From Trichoplax adhaerens (Eukaryota > Animalia > Placozoa): 64,000 nucleotides of DNA. The notes under the pieces are model-generated. The model was not told the origin of the DNA. It did no database searches and worked only from the letters and a program-made list of their open reading frames with translations. A program made the position numbers and the translations under genes. This document shows positions 12,599 to 27,900 of the stretch, piece after piece (position 1 is the first letter of the stretch; each line of letters opens with the position of its first letter). The stretch is from assembly GCF_000150275.1 (NCBI RefSeq), contig NW_002060954.1:558001-622000 (forward strand). The letters are read 5' to 3'.

Positions 12599-15500
12599 AT
12601 GGACGGCCTTATGCAGCTACCTGAAGACTTTACATCACAACCGCTAGGATTTATTGCCTTAACGGGGCTCGATATTAAGTACAATGCTATCCATAGATCT
12701 ATCTGGGATTCCTTTACAGTCAATAGACGACCAGATAGAGTACCATTACATTTCAATCTGCTTAGCGGAGATTACGAGTATCGAAAGCCGAAATCCAAGG
12801 TACAAAAGTTTCTTAATTTTACTGTTACTTGATGCGGTGTAAGATAACTTGTGATCGGCTAGACTTGCGGTTGCGAATGTGCGTACACAGTGTTTGTAAA
12901 GTGTCTGTAAAACTAATTTTCCGCATATCTGTTATCTATTTACACTGTATAATAACAGTTTTGACTAGATTGGTGCCAAAATTGGCATAGTTTCCGTGAT
13001 CTTTCATCATATCACGTAAATAACTCACTTGCTCTTACGCCTAACCTAACTATTGAAACCATAGACGATTGAAAGAATACCGATAACATTCTTCCATTAG
13101 CCTAAGTTTAATGCCGTACTTTACCTTCTTTTACACAGCACGAATAATTTTAAAAGCTGCATAATATAGTGAATATTGTAGGTGATCGATAATTATAATC
13201 GACGTCAATATCGTAATAACTTCATTCAAAATATTATTCAATTATTGGAGAAGAGCTACAATTACAGATTATTACTTGCGACTTGCGAGCGTATCCAGCA
13301 GTAAATCTGCAACTTTTAATCATGGACCTCTAGATCCTCTAGAACTTCAGGTTCCAGAAGTCTACGCTTTAATGCACAGCACTAAGCCCCATACCTAAAG
13401 TGCCATATATTTATTTGAATCTCGTTGTATGTTACATTCGCTATACATGAGAAACTAGATTAAGTTAAGTAGCGTTGTGACTGTATGTTTGTCTCTGCCA
13501 GCAGTAATTGTATCCTGTAAGTTAATATTAATTAATTAAAATACGTGCAGTATATTTCTTTAGAAGCTGACCTTGATTTTAATAATTCAGAGATCGACAT
13601 ATGAATGGTATATCCCAAAAGGTATTATTAAAATGGACTGGATGCAGAAACATATCAACGAAATTCCTTCTGTCCTTGTGATATTCTACGACTTAGACTG
13701 GAATGATCCCCAATGGAAAGAGAAACAAGTTGAATGTGTATCCCGTGTAGAAATTGCGAGGTCTGCTCTTCTTCATGTTGGCTGTCCATGTATATACAAT
13801 CTTATAACTACTCTATACAAGTTTACTTGTCTATTAATATATAATCTTGCTACAACTATAATAGGTCAAGCTTACAGGGTCGAAATACAAAAATTGCTGT
13901 CGTCCTCATTCAAACTGCTGCGCCATTACCTCCCGGTATCTTAGAATTGTCATAGGTTTATAGTTTAGCAGTTCACATTTTGTTGATGGTAATGATGAGT
14001 CAATAATCAAAACTAGCTCTCTTATTTACTAACTAAGATATATTATATTCCTGAATCAGGTGAAGACATGGTCGCTGCTGAAAGGGCTGCTACCCTGTGC
14101 ACTGCTTGTGAATTATCCTCCAAATCTTTATTCGTTTTACCACATAACCCAGATCACCTATACGGCTATATTATTAGGTTTATCAATATTGTAGCGTGCC
14201 TTAATTGAATTTTTAAATTTCACTATACCAATTCCTTCTTTTACCTGTAACTCCCGAACCATATTGATAGACTGGAAAATGCATATTATGAGTTATCACA
14301 AGCTTATTACCATGGTGAATGTCGTCGAGTTAAATCACGCAAGGTATATAACTTGCTGTGATAAAATAATTCTTACACTTGATGATGATTGAACAACTAA
14401 AAATCTAATATTTATAAATGTTTAAATTATTAGGAATTATTAAACAAGCAAAAACACGAAGTATGTAAAGAAGATAGCCATTAGACTACCAGCACGTTTA
14501 ATAGACATTTGGATAATGCTTTATTAACCGTAACTGATACGAGATAAAGTTACCTTTAAGTGGTTATTTGACAGAATTATAAATATTTCGTAGGTTTTAA
14601 TCGTGCGTCATCAATTTAAGATTGCGTTCTTCTGCGAGCTTAGGCAAGATCGAACATCCGCATTAAAGTAATTTGAGCTGACAATGGTCACTACGAAATT
14701 GTATAAAATCTAAGAGGCTATTGCAATATTTGACATAAACGAGTTAGCTTAAATGGTAAAGCGGATACATTTCATTTCTACAGACATTATAAACTGGCTT
14801 ATAGCAACTTAAAAGAGCTCGAACCCAATTACCGGAACATGTTGGAAACCAAACTGTGTGCTAGTTTTTTTAATTACAAGGTATAAATACCATTGAATTA
14901 AATTTTATGAAATTGAATCCATATTATAGTTAGACTCTCTGTATTAGTATAATTTAATCTATTATACCCTCTACGATAAGATTTGTAGATTATGCTTTTT
15001 GGATGGTAGCCCAGTAGACGCTATCGCACAATTTCGTAGCCACGTAGATTACTTTAAGAAAAAGAGTGGCTATGCAGAACTAGCATTCATTGATGCTGCC
15101 TGGATATCGCACCAGTAAGATAATATTCCAATAAATCATGTTTTACTGTCTCTGTATAAAAATTTTTAATACTATAATATAGGTATAGTATATTTGGCGA
15201 CCTCTTTGATGAAGCTGTTAAAAATGGTTTAGATGCCATCCAAGTTAGTAATGGCTAGACTAATGAAGTTTTCGTACCATTTTGATCACGTATATTTCAC
15301 AAAGCATGGGATACAATGATATTTATACGTATACCTACTTTCCAGACTCAACATCCAGGTTTTTATTACCAATACGCCGCCTGTTGTGCTATATTCAGGA
15401 AGCAATTATGTTACGATCTATGCCAGGTAAAATTAGACTATTACAGTAGCATACGCAATCGTATTTAGTGCATTCGAATCAACCTAATGCAAAATGGAAT

Positions 15501-18500
15501 ACTAATTTAATAGGCGGCTGCAATGTTCCCTGTGCAAAATACATCTGAAACTACTAAATATGTAAATTATTATGGGCAAAGAGTATGGAATCAGGGATAT
15601 CATAGTATGAGTCAATGACAATACTTAAATATAGAATTTAGATTAAATCGTTAAAAGATGTTAAAATTAATTTAAATCTCATAGCGGAAGCCTCTGATGC
15701 AGATTTCGAGAAAGCTGGTATATTGGCAGTTCAAACTGAGGAACTAAAAGTTGATCATTCCTATATCATAATTCAGTTATTTAGTAAAGCAGTTAGTCAA
15801 TTCAAGAAGTACAAGTCCAGTCGAATGAGAAGACATCTTAGTAAATATTTAGTTTCGTATACAGATAGCTACTCCACGAATTCTTCACGTACGCATTTTT
15901 ACAACTTTATGTTCTTGATAGCTTTTTTGTCATACTGTTCAATATTAGTGATTAAAATGGCAGAAGAATACTATCATGCCAAGGATTATGTCAAAGCTTT
16001 GGCGTAAGTAAAATTTTATCAGTTCTAAATATTAATCTGTTATTTAGTGAGTATGCTATATCTTGGTATTATCAGATTGCTTGATCGCGTAGCTCCGGAT
16101 TATCGTAGTGAGAAATGGTGGGATCTATTAACTGCCGTTCTAAATTTATGGTTAAAGTTAGTTCGTGACTTAACTCTGCATGTGTTTTATTAAGCGAAGA
16201 GACGTTAACTTCTAAACTAGCTGCTAGTTAATACTGTATTGTCTATCACATGGTAGATGTGCATATCTCCTCTCTGATGTACAAAACTATGTCACTGTTT
16301 GTGTTGAAATGATATCAAAACGTAAGTAAACCTCTATTTAGCCGATTGTGATGGCTATTACGTTAACTATTAAAGTCTTTCTATTTCAATGTTTCAGCAT
16401 CTATAACAATAACAGTTTCTTTTCATGTCAGATTCTACTAGTGATATCAACAGTAAATCTCGAATTCAAAAAAATCTTCTTAACATCATCCAGGTAATAA
16501 TGACCTTATAATAACTATAGACTTTAATGTAACGAAGTATCTAGAATTTGAGATATTACTATCATTAGGGAAAACAGCCTGATCCTGAGAGTGATTTAAG
16601 TGCAGTGTCGGTTGAGGAAGCATCTAAACTCTGGATACAAAAATTTGCTATGATTATGGCTCCTATGCCAGCTTTCGACATCGACATCTCTCAATTAGCA
16701 TCATTTGGTAAATGGTGTAACTAAAATTCTTATTAATTCTATCCCTCAACGCAATAACCAATGATCAAATTTAAAAAACTAATAAGGATGAGTAACACTG
16801 ATGTAGCTCATTTTTGAACATCGTCTTCTCAATAATTTTACGTTACATATTAGTGGAATGCAAAGTTAGCTTCGGGACTTCTTCATTCACGGCAGATGTT
16901 CCTATTATCATCAATGTATACTTGAGGTAATTCTATGCTTTTTGATAAATTCCCATACATAGCAAAACTTAACGTACATGATTTTTAAATTTTAATTGTA
17001 AAATCTTCTGGCTAGGTCTTCTTCTCCTCTGCCAATACGCTTTCACAGATTGTCGCTGAAATTCAATATTGAGGTATAAAAATCCGCATGTTAATAACAT
17101 ATCATTATCAATATGGTGGTGCAAATAACGAAGTGTTTTGACTTTATAGGAATACAATAATGTATGTAGTATAATAAATAAAGATACTGATAACGAGGAA
17201 AGTCTATTACTGATTCCAAATCAGTTGAAATGCGTTACGTTTAAATTTGTTGCTCGCTCTGAAGATGTTGGTGAGTCATTAGAGGTGAGTGTAAAATTAA
17301 CATAATGCACTTTACTCTTATCAGGTTATAAATATACGCTTATCTTATTGACGCATAGTGTCAGACTGCTTCTTTACAACTTGGGGACGAAAAATCCTAT
17401 AATATTGTCATGACTTGGAATACCAGTAGCTCAGCTCTTACTACCCCCACTCCAACTTTACTGTCAAATGTTACTAATCATCCGGAGGTTTTGTCTTTTG
17501 ATCAGATTCAAGCAAAGCCTGCCACCAAGTATAGTTTGACTAATTCTATTTAAATCATTGTTAAACTAATTCTCATTAAGTCCTTTTGGTTTCTATTTGT
17601 TCTTCAGGCTTACTTCTAGGAAACCGTTAATTGATCTAAAATTGCAGCATGAACCTCCTGCTTTAGTGAATGAATATTATTCAGTTAAACTATTGATTCA
17701 AAATGATGAAAAGGCAGAAATTTCGGATGTTAGGTCAGTTGTCATTGACTGTATTTTATACAAATCTAAGAGCAATAAATTTGATAAAAAATTTGCTCGA
17801 TGTATTGGAAATTTAAAACTAATTATATGGGTACGCTCTGATTTTACTTCATTAGCCTTGCGATTGGATTTTCTCAGAACCAGGATGGATCTCAACCGCC
17901 AAATAGTAAGACAACAGTTTAATTTTTTTGCTGTTGAGCGATTTATTAAGTGTGATTTATGCCTTGCATTTACAGCATGGCTTTGTATAGATAACATATC
18001 AGATAGCTCAACACATTCGAAATCAGTTAAAGATATTCATATTAATAACATTGCATCAGGAGAAAAGGTACGCAAAAAATAGATAATTGTGATTAAAATT
18101 ACAATAATTCATATCTAATCGATGAAGAGATAATTGCGACGTTTCTACTTTATTCTTATATATGATTGGGTATTGCTAGGTATCAAAATTGCTGTTCGTT
18201 AAATGCCAAAGTAATGGACAGAGGGTTATTTCAGTCAAGGTAAGTTACATTATTTACAGTTGTTCTATAGTACACTGAATATCGCCTTCGCTTTATCACC
18301 GGTTAGCGTATTGACCAATGAATTAACTTATGTGTAATAGATTACCTACAAAATTAATATTGAAGTTGACGGCAAAGTTACTGAATGTAAATGTAAACAG
18401 GTCACGATCAGTAATTTATTGTATACTGTAATATGCTACTGATTGTGTATCCGATAACATATTTACCTATAGCCACTTCTGTTTAATTTTACATAGACTG

Positions 18501-19840
18501 ATAGTGTAACGATTGAAACGGCCATCCCTTTTGAGACGGTAATCAACACGGTAACAACGGAGGTAGGACCAACTAAAATGATCGACATTTAAACTATTAA
18601 TTTTTGGATACTAAATTTATCTTAAATTTTTGAATTCAGTTAACTAAAGTTGATGCGTTATGTGCCAATGAACCATATTTCATTATGGCCTGCTTAAAGA
18701 GCGTTTCACCTTGGCCTATTACCATCCTTAACTCTACTTTCAACCTAATCAACCAATTCGAATCTGTTGATACTGATACACAGTCACAACTATCCAACGG
18801 TGCGTACTAGCAACTGAGGTCCTATAAAATTCTTATAATTTCATAGCAAGCAACTTTGTAAGTAATACTACAATGACAACTGTTACATTTTAGTTTCACT
18901 ACAAAAGAGTGAAGAAGCTAGGGAATGCTTCGCTATAAAATATAAGGGATCAATAGAAAAGTCAAAATTAAACATTGGAAAATTACGTATTAATTGGAAA
19001 AGGTATAGTTGAGAATTTAATTGCGGTCGTTAATATTACTTTTGCTGACCCCAGAATATTTTCGTAATAAGGAGTAAACAAGAATATCAGCAACCTGAAG
19101 TTGAAACTGACATTACACTACCTACTGTCCTAATTGATACGTCCCCAATATATATTGTTATAGGTATAATCAATTCATGATATCTACTACAGTAATTACT
19201 GAAATAACGATTAAATTTCTATTACTGAAGTAATTAAATAAAATATTTCTCAGTAATGTATATAACCTAATTCTATACTGATCTTCCAAGATAAACCAGC
19301 TTATGGTTGTTTGAGGACAGCTCTACCCGTAACTTACGAACTTCATAATAGAACTAATCTGGTGCAAGAAGTAGAAATAAACATTGATCCATGTGAATCT
19401 TTCATGTTTACCGGACTAAAACAGGTAAAGCACGTAATTTGAAGTAACCATGTTCATTCTAAACGTACTTTCATCATTAATTCGACTACGTGTACGTACT
19501 GTCACTTCTAGGTCAACCTTCGAATTCTACCTTCTGATATCCACGCACTTAGGTACGTAATGTATCCTCTAACGACGGGCTACGTAACTTTACCTCGCCT
19601 CAAGTTAAATCTACCAAGATATCAAAGCAACGATTCTTTAGGCAAAGCCACAATTGCTGCGCAAGTTCTGGTTAAGGTAATAATTTGAATAATAATACAC
19701 TGGTACTCCCTTCCCTTATCAATATTATAATTCTGAAGGGTTATGTAAAATCTATGCCTAACTGGATCATTTTTCTATCCATTTTGCAGCCTTCCAGTCG
19801 AAAAATTCAAACCGATAACAGTATTAGTAACACAATTTAA
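12599..19840 (+). CDS. TRAPPC11: Trafficking protein particle complex subunit 11 (foie gras/gryzun), ~34 exons
   Basis: Exons translate to [128 protein letters not shown]. This is collinear with vertebrate TRAPPC11, and phases are consistent to TAA at 19838-19840. Confidence 0.96.
13321..13366. mobile_element. Mini TIR element (46 bp), same family, in TRAPPC11 intron 1
   Basis: catggacctctag...ccagaagtctacg (degenerate); flanks ttttaat / ctttaat (7 bp, 1 mismatch). Confidence 0.55.
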
Positions 19841-21991
19841 AAATAACAGTAATAATGCCTAATAGTTTTTACTAAGCATAGAAAAAATGAATATTTATAT
19901 TATTGAGCGAATTATTATTGATGCAACGATATTGTAAAGAAAAGCTTAATCCCGTCTGTAAGACAATGCACGTTCATTATGTGGGGTAACGGCATTTTTT
20001 ATGATACTTTAAATAATCAAGATTTGAAATCAGAAGTGACTTCTAAAGATTATTTTACGCAAATTTTTTACATCGCACCTTTCCATTCTACCTCTTCAAC
20101 AGCAATTAAACAGCTATGTCTTGTTTACATATATAAAATGTTACGATAGCAATCTCAGTACAGGTCTCAATCTGCAAAACAGGTGTAAGTAGTTTTACTT
20201 TTTATGTTGTTAAGCTACAATCGAATTAATCTCGTTGCCGTCTTACTTTGATAATGCTATCATTTACATATCATTCTCCTAATTTCTAATTATATTTCGA
20301 ATATTACAATAAATCCTGTCTGTGGAAATTTTCTAACTGTGATAATAGCGCTCCTATCAATACTTGATGTTATGTCATATCACTTTTTTTTTAATAGTCG
20401 CTATAACGATATACTGTAAATACAAGAAGATGCAGGCGTTCTGATTAGTAAACGTACATAGAAAATCTGTAAATAAGCAATAAGCATGTTTAGTAGCAGC
20501 ATTTCGTTTTATAAATATGAACCTCTGCTTACCGTATTCTCCTCCATTCCCCATTATATCCATACAAAATTTCATTTATAGTAATCAAGACCGACTACGA
20601 ATGATAATTATAATTTACTAAATGTTTTAATAAAAGACTCCTGCTTATACAGTAGTTACATGCACACGGCACTATTATTATCCAAGTAGTTGTAGCATGT
20701 AAATGATCTTAACGTACGTTAACCATGAATAATTAATGCAATCCCCCACTGCTATAAATAGTTGAATTCGTTGTCACGCCACGAATAGTATATAGTATAA
20801 TGAAATAATATACATGGCAATTCTTAAGCTTATGCCAGACGCCTTACATCGTAAACTGCAAAGCAGCCTGTCTAATTCTATATATACTGTACAGTGTGTA
20901 TCAATTATGTTGAACATTCTAAAGAACATTAGCATCAATATTGATCTGAAACGTCTATCAGTGAACGAATTAGACTATGGCTAGTATCAATTTGAACAAC
21001 TTTAAATTTATTAACTTTACTAACACAGATGAAAATATTAAGCAAACGCTAACAACGAACATTTCAAAACTTTTGTTATTCTTTATCTTGATTTTGATTT
21101 CGCAATTATAGAATTCAATTAAACAAAATCTGACCATAAAACATCAAGGAATTACCCATAATTGCTTAATTAATCATATATTATTCAGATATGTATTTAA
21201 TACGCAATTTTAATTTAAACTTTGGAGTCATTTTTATCGCGATTGTTGACCGCCTGCAGTATAACCAATTATCTCTGCGCTCAATTTACCGAGAATACGT
21301 GATTCTATCGTTGTTTGCTAAATAGAGCAACAACTTATTGTACTTTTATTGTGCAATCTAAGTTACTATAGAAGAAACAATCCTATTCAGATTCTCTAAA
21401 GCTTAATCAATATAATTTTACAATTAGTAAACTATAGTAGATTTTGAAAACATTGACAACGCTTTACGCGTGATAAGAGGACAATTTCAGCAAAACTGTA
21501 TCAATGGTTATAAACAACCATCCGCAACACTATCATCTATTTCTAACCATAATAACGTATCGTACGATACACAGAAAGTTGTTATAAACTTAAGGCAGAT
21601 TGCATAGAAGATTAAGTAAAATACTTGAAATCATTTATGCCTAAGGCTATATTCCATTGATAACGTTTCACTTCAAAACAAGCCCCAGACAACGTCGAAT
21701 AATTTTCAAGACGCGTGATTGTCTACCTTCTTCTCAGCAAGATGGCGCCTAATAGCGCATTACACAATAGACTATTCAAAAAACTATTACGATGAAAAGG
21801 AAAAATCACTATTTACTTTATTTTGATTTTATGTTAGATTAATAAATCCCATTTACAGTTTATCATTAACCGATTAGTTCATTACTTCATAAATCGCTGT
21901 AACAATACATTGCTAGCCACAGCACAAAATCTCCCCTATTCGTGCAAAAAACTACTTTTCACCATTTCATCACCAGTTTTACGAGCTCAAA

Positions 21992-24900
21992 ATGATCCCC
22001 AAATTTTATATTTTCCTCCTGGTAATATACTCTTTGACAGGTAAAGATAGATTAAAAAAAGCCTTATCATATTACAACTAAATGCTTACAATTTCAGGCT
22101 TTATTCAACAGCATCAATAATCACAGATAAGTATCCTTTTTATAATGCAATTAGATCATCAGAGAGTCTATTACCAATAAAAAAGTAACAATTTATTCGT
22201 AAACTATATAGCGAACTTCGTCTTGCTGTTAATATTGCTTTCGCCTGATAGATAAATGATTTAATTAGTGAGAAGTTAAAGAATCAGAAATCATTACTTC
22301 TCCACAATAACTATGTCATAACAATGATCATCATTATAATGACCACGGGAACAACCAGTTTATGTACAGATTTCATCGTTCGAAGTCGCCATTTCTCTTC
22401 ACTCTATTGAATTATCTATCCACTATTTTTACACAGTAAAAAGAAATTAAGAATATTTGTTTTAAACCATCCGAAATTGTTTGACAAGATTTTTATTTTA
22501 GTATCTCGCTTCTTTGAAATAAGGAATATTACTAAAAGCTAAAAACATATAGACACTAAGAGCGGTATCAGCACACCATCTTTATGAGTACTCCCTCATT
22601 TGAGCTGCAATATACAATTACAGTATATCTCACTTGTTGGCTTACTTCTAACATCACCTCTAAATATTCGTTACCATCATGAACTTCATTTAAACGAAAA
22701 TTTGGGGATTAATATGAAATCCGCTATAAACATGTGAAAAATAACGTATGCACCCATTTGGCCGGTTGCATATATTCGTTAATAATCTATTTTTAATAGC
22801 TATATAAATGTATCGTTATCTACCTTATCCTTAATATATTACGTATACCGTATACGTGTACCATGTACATAAAATTCTATTAGTAAGATTTAACAGTTTA
22901 TATCCTGATAACGATTAGAAAATTACATTATTGGTAACTTCTTGGTTAAAGTACCCGGCATAACATGAGATTATGTACGAAAAATACATTTTACAAATGA
23001 GCACGTAAATCATCTATTATCTTGTATTATTTAGCATGGGGACAATGTCCTACCCAGTGCTCATGTCCTAATTCCCATACAATCTCCTGTACTGGACCAA
23101 ATATTACCCAAATGCCAACTGGATCAGATATTGTGGCTGGTGCTCGAGTATTGTGAGTGTATTTATTTAATAACTTGATAAAAATATATCTATGTGTCTG
23201 CATTAATCTAAATAAAGTGAAGAAAGATTATTGATTAAATATGATAGTAAGGCTAAAGTGAATAGATAGATGATCAGGTATGCATTTTTATAATTCTAGC
23301 ACTCTTAAGATGAGACTAATAATGTCTTGCTTCATGCATACTTAGTCTTATAACTCTAAATTAATGCTACTTGGTTATTCAAAGTCTTATATTTGATTTT
23401 ATAAGCTACATTTCTGATAACCTTTCCATAAATCAAAATTTTAAAACGCTATGTGTTGTATTTATATCTATTTTACATATATAAATACCTCTTAAATGAA
23501 ACTGAATTAAAGGTTTGTAAAGTATCTTGAGTTTTGTGTAAAAACTTGTTTTCTCCTTTATTAGCTATCTGAAAAACACGGCTATAACAACAATTGCTGC
23601 CAATAGCTTCCTCAACTTTGCCAATATAACAGAATTGTATGTATTCTTGATATAGATATTTTAGATTCATGTCAACTGGTCATTTACCCTTGAGTTCTGT
23701 TGTAATATTATTTCCCTTTCACAGAACCATCTCCAACAACCTTATGTTGGGCAGTTTCGATGTGGGTGCTTTTAATGGTCTAAGTAAATTGGAAATACTG
23801 TAAGAAAGCAAGTCAATAGATGACGATAATTTAAAATGCTTTCTATAAATTAAGTACAAAGGAGACTTATTTTAGTTGAGTTAGGGTATTTAGTTTACGC
23901 TTTACCTAAACAGTTAAATGACCTACTTTATAACCGAAATAAAATAAATTGGAGCAAAACGATATAAATTCCAGTTACCCTAGATGTGACTAAAGTCAGA
24001 AAATGAATCACCGTGATACAAAGAAATAATTTATTTAATTAATATTGATTATTGCATTATCAATTCTACCGTTACGTTTTAGCCTTGCCACTAATAATAG
24101 ACTAAGTCAAATTGGTAACGGCGTTTTTAATGGCCTTAACATGGTTAACACGATGTAAGATTTTCATATTTAACACAATTACTGCATAGTTCTTTAATTA
24201 TACAGAAAGCTAACATTTACGTAAAAAATCTCATAAAGGTAACTTCTTGATTCAGGTCTATAAAGCGTTAACACATGATATTTATAAAACTTTTTGAATC
24301 GATAATTTTATTATAGAGATTTAAGTCATAACGTCATTGCTAGCCTGGATACTAAAGCTTTCAACTTCACTACTAAACTTCAAACTCTGTAAGGCTAGCC
24401 ACACCGCTACTGAATATTTAACTTACAGTATAATACGATAAATTAAAATCAGTAAATTAACAACCTGAAAGAAAGTTGTGATTTAACTAATATGACTATT
24501 AGGCAAGAAGTTAATCCAAGAAGAATAATCTTAATCATTTATTACAATAAACAACGAAGATATGTTAAATTTTCATTAGGATTCTTATGATAGAATTCAT
24601 GATATTAATTTTATAACAGTGTATTGACAAATAACACTCTACAAACCATTCAAGCCAATACATTTCAAGCCTTGAGCCAGCTATCGATACTGTAATGGCA
24701 ATAAGAGAATGATTGAACTATCTAAAAAGATTTGTTTATAATTACATTATAATCCACTAATGACATTCAACCAATGCAGCCGACTATATTCAATTTAAAT
24801 TTTAAATTAGGAATATCGATATGAATCAAATCACTGCATTTGCCGACAATGCCTTTACCGGACTTGTTGGATTAAGCATCCTGTGCATAAACTAAAATTT

Positions 24901-27900
24901 GCTTTACATAAAGTTTTTCAGCTTTTTGAACTGAGATTGCTATAGAATTTTAATTGACTCTCGCTTAATAATTTGTTAGTCGATTGTCCGACAATATGCT
25001 GACATCTTTAAAGAATGCAACATTTGCTGGAATTGGAATAAGTTTATCAACGCTGTAATACCAATTTATGTCTGTTTTTAACTAGCCAATTCTTTGATCG
25101 TTTTCGAATGTATTAGGAGAAAGACTATACCCACCTATACATCTACTTTATCTTCATTCTCTAGGTCTGTGAATAATAATCTTTTATCCTCAATTGAGCC
25201 CGGATGCCTATCTTCTTTCACTAGGCTAAGATCATTGTAATATAAGCTAGCTCTCCTTTATAATAATTTATTAATTTAAATTATTTAACTAGTAAATTTC
25301 AAATACACCACACTACAGCATTAATTTTTGTTTAGGTTTATGCTTCTTAATTTTTCTAAAGTAATCAGCGCCTTAGTTGGTATTATTTCGAAAATAGCTG
25401 CAATTCGCAATACTATTTGATTTTGATTCTCAATCGGCTTTATAATTTATTTGTTCATCACTTACTGTAGTTATTACCTTTACGGATAAAAACAAATATC
25501 AATATCATATAAATATTTACAATCTAGAATAGATCGACACATAATTGCGTTAAAACGTAAAGTGAATATTGTACGAATCAACATTTTTTATCACTTTCAT
25601 ATGAATACGATTATTATTTCAGAAAATTAGTAAAACTTATAAAATAGAACAAGTATAGATTGTTAAAACCTATGATGGACTTCGTAATCGTCCGATATTG
25701 ATCGTATCTATCTGATTAATTATAGGTACCTAAAGAATAATTCTTTGAATCAACTTCAAGACGGATCTTTTGGGAGCTTAACTCGATTATTTACTCTGTA
25801 AATTGATACCATAATTTTTTCGTTAGTCATTATGCTTCGATATCAGAAATATTAGTCTGCTACAGGCTTAATGAAGTGAAAAAAATACTATTCCATTTTA
25901 TTGTCAGTAGTAAAGTTGCAGATCAAAAAACAATTAAGATGTTTTGTAAAATACAACTATTAATTGCATTATCTTCTGTTTTTATATTATGTAACAGAGA
26001 TATCAGCTACAACAGGCTTATGGTCTTTAATAGAAATATACTGGGGAGCGCAAGCAATTTAAGGGGACTGTATGTTGACTATATGTAGCTTTGAGAGCTG
26101 ATTGTATAATAATTATAGTGTCTATTAAATATCAGAATTTGTAGATTCTGTAAATTATATTTTTTATCAATATCAAGTAAAGTAATTATAATAGCCAACC
26201 ATGTCAAAGTAGTGCACGTCAATAAAAATACTCGAGACAAAAATTTACTGCTATAGATGTACATACCCGTATTACGAAAGGGCATAGGAATAACACTATT
26301 AGAGTATTAGATTTCTTGCTTCTGTTTCTCTTCTTGTAACATTGTCACGACTAATTTAAAGAAAACTGTAAGTAACATATAATAACTTAGAGAAATTAGT
26401 GTGGTCTTAAAATTTTCATGACTTGGTAAGAAAATTATTTACTAGTTTTTGTTTTCGTGTGACTGCTAAACATTAACTATGATTAAATAGATGGGAAAAT
26501 TACTGATTTGCCACTATATAATTTCACATTTACCAATGTGCCATTACAAATTTCATATTTACCAATATGCCATTGCACTCATTTCCTTTCGAGGAAGCTT
26601 CATTACCTGAGATAACTCGCCTAGTTCCCGCGTTGTGCTAAGTCACCTTGATAATTTACTAGCATCGCTAAAGTTTTCCGACATATTTTTAAAATTAAAT
26701 TACGTCTTAATTCATTAGATAGTGGTATTTGTAGCTCTTTCTACAGTTCAGAAGTAATAAATCGTATGTAGTTTCTAATTGAAATGAACGATGGAAAAGC
26801 AATATATTGTTCTTGAGATATAATGAAATTTCAATATTCTTCGAATCTTTGAAGACGAAATTTTAGAATACTCGATGATACATATCAGCTTGATGCTCAT
26901 AACCATTGAAATCTTGCTAAATAGACCGATATCCTTATTCTAACAGCTATCTTAATGGAAATAAATTATCTAACTTTAATGGCACCGGATTTAAAGACCT
27001 AAACAGATTGTCAGCATTGTATGTATTTGCTATTAATTTATGCAAGAATTTTTAATTTTGACTGCTGTGATAAGAACTATTATGAAAACATTTTATAAAT
27101 ATTCTCAAGGATTGATATTTTTAATTCATATAATAAAAATACCAAAGACTTTCTTTTATTAATTTTTCAAACGAAAGGTACTTGGATCACAATGATTTTA
27201 CATACATCAAGGCTTCAGATTTTAGTCAACTTAAAATACGATCTTTGTAAGTAATAATTTTATAACCGTGCGTGTTTGTAGGTACTGTATATATCATAAT
27301 ATAACGCATACTACTACTACATATACTTAATTACTGCACATGACATGATTAAATTTTTAATTAAATAGGTTACTGACACTATCAGTAATTTCTATTAATA
27401 TACTTTTTATCTTTCAATTTTAATAAAAATTATAATGGCTTATATGAGTTTAATGTGATATTCAACAACATGGCTGCAGTAATAATTAATACATTACTAA
27501 TTTGCTAAAAACTTGTTAGTAGAGAGTACATATCTCAATCTAATCATTCTATCTCATGTTTTATTATAGCTTTAAAACTTGATGTAATAAAATACCGTTT
27601 ATTTGCTTTGAGTGTCAACATTGTCGAGATTTTAGCTTAGTAATAGGCTATGAATTTATATTCTATTTACATCACGTATTGTATAAAGTGAAATTTATAA
27701 TCCATTTCTTAATAAACATTTTAAATGTTTCTAGAACTATGAGCCACAACAAAATAGAACAGATTGAGAATCAAGCATTTGCTGGAATGACTTTCCTATC
27801 ACAACTGTATGTTGCTACTGTAGTAATTCGCCTGCTGTATAAACTAGAATACGGTATCAATTATCAGGTTAAAATCACATGCGGATAGTACATCAGTATT

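Noticed and set aside
25237-27734. Additional or pseudo LRR cassettes in the longer LRR-gene introns
   Set aside because: I scanned AG-started ~72-nt windows in these introns and found none with an LRR pattern and a GT donor.
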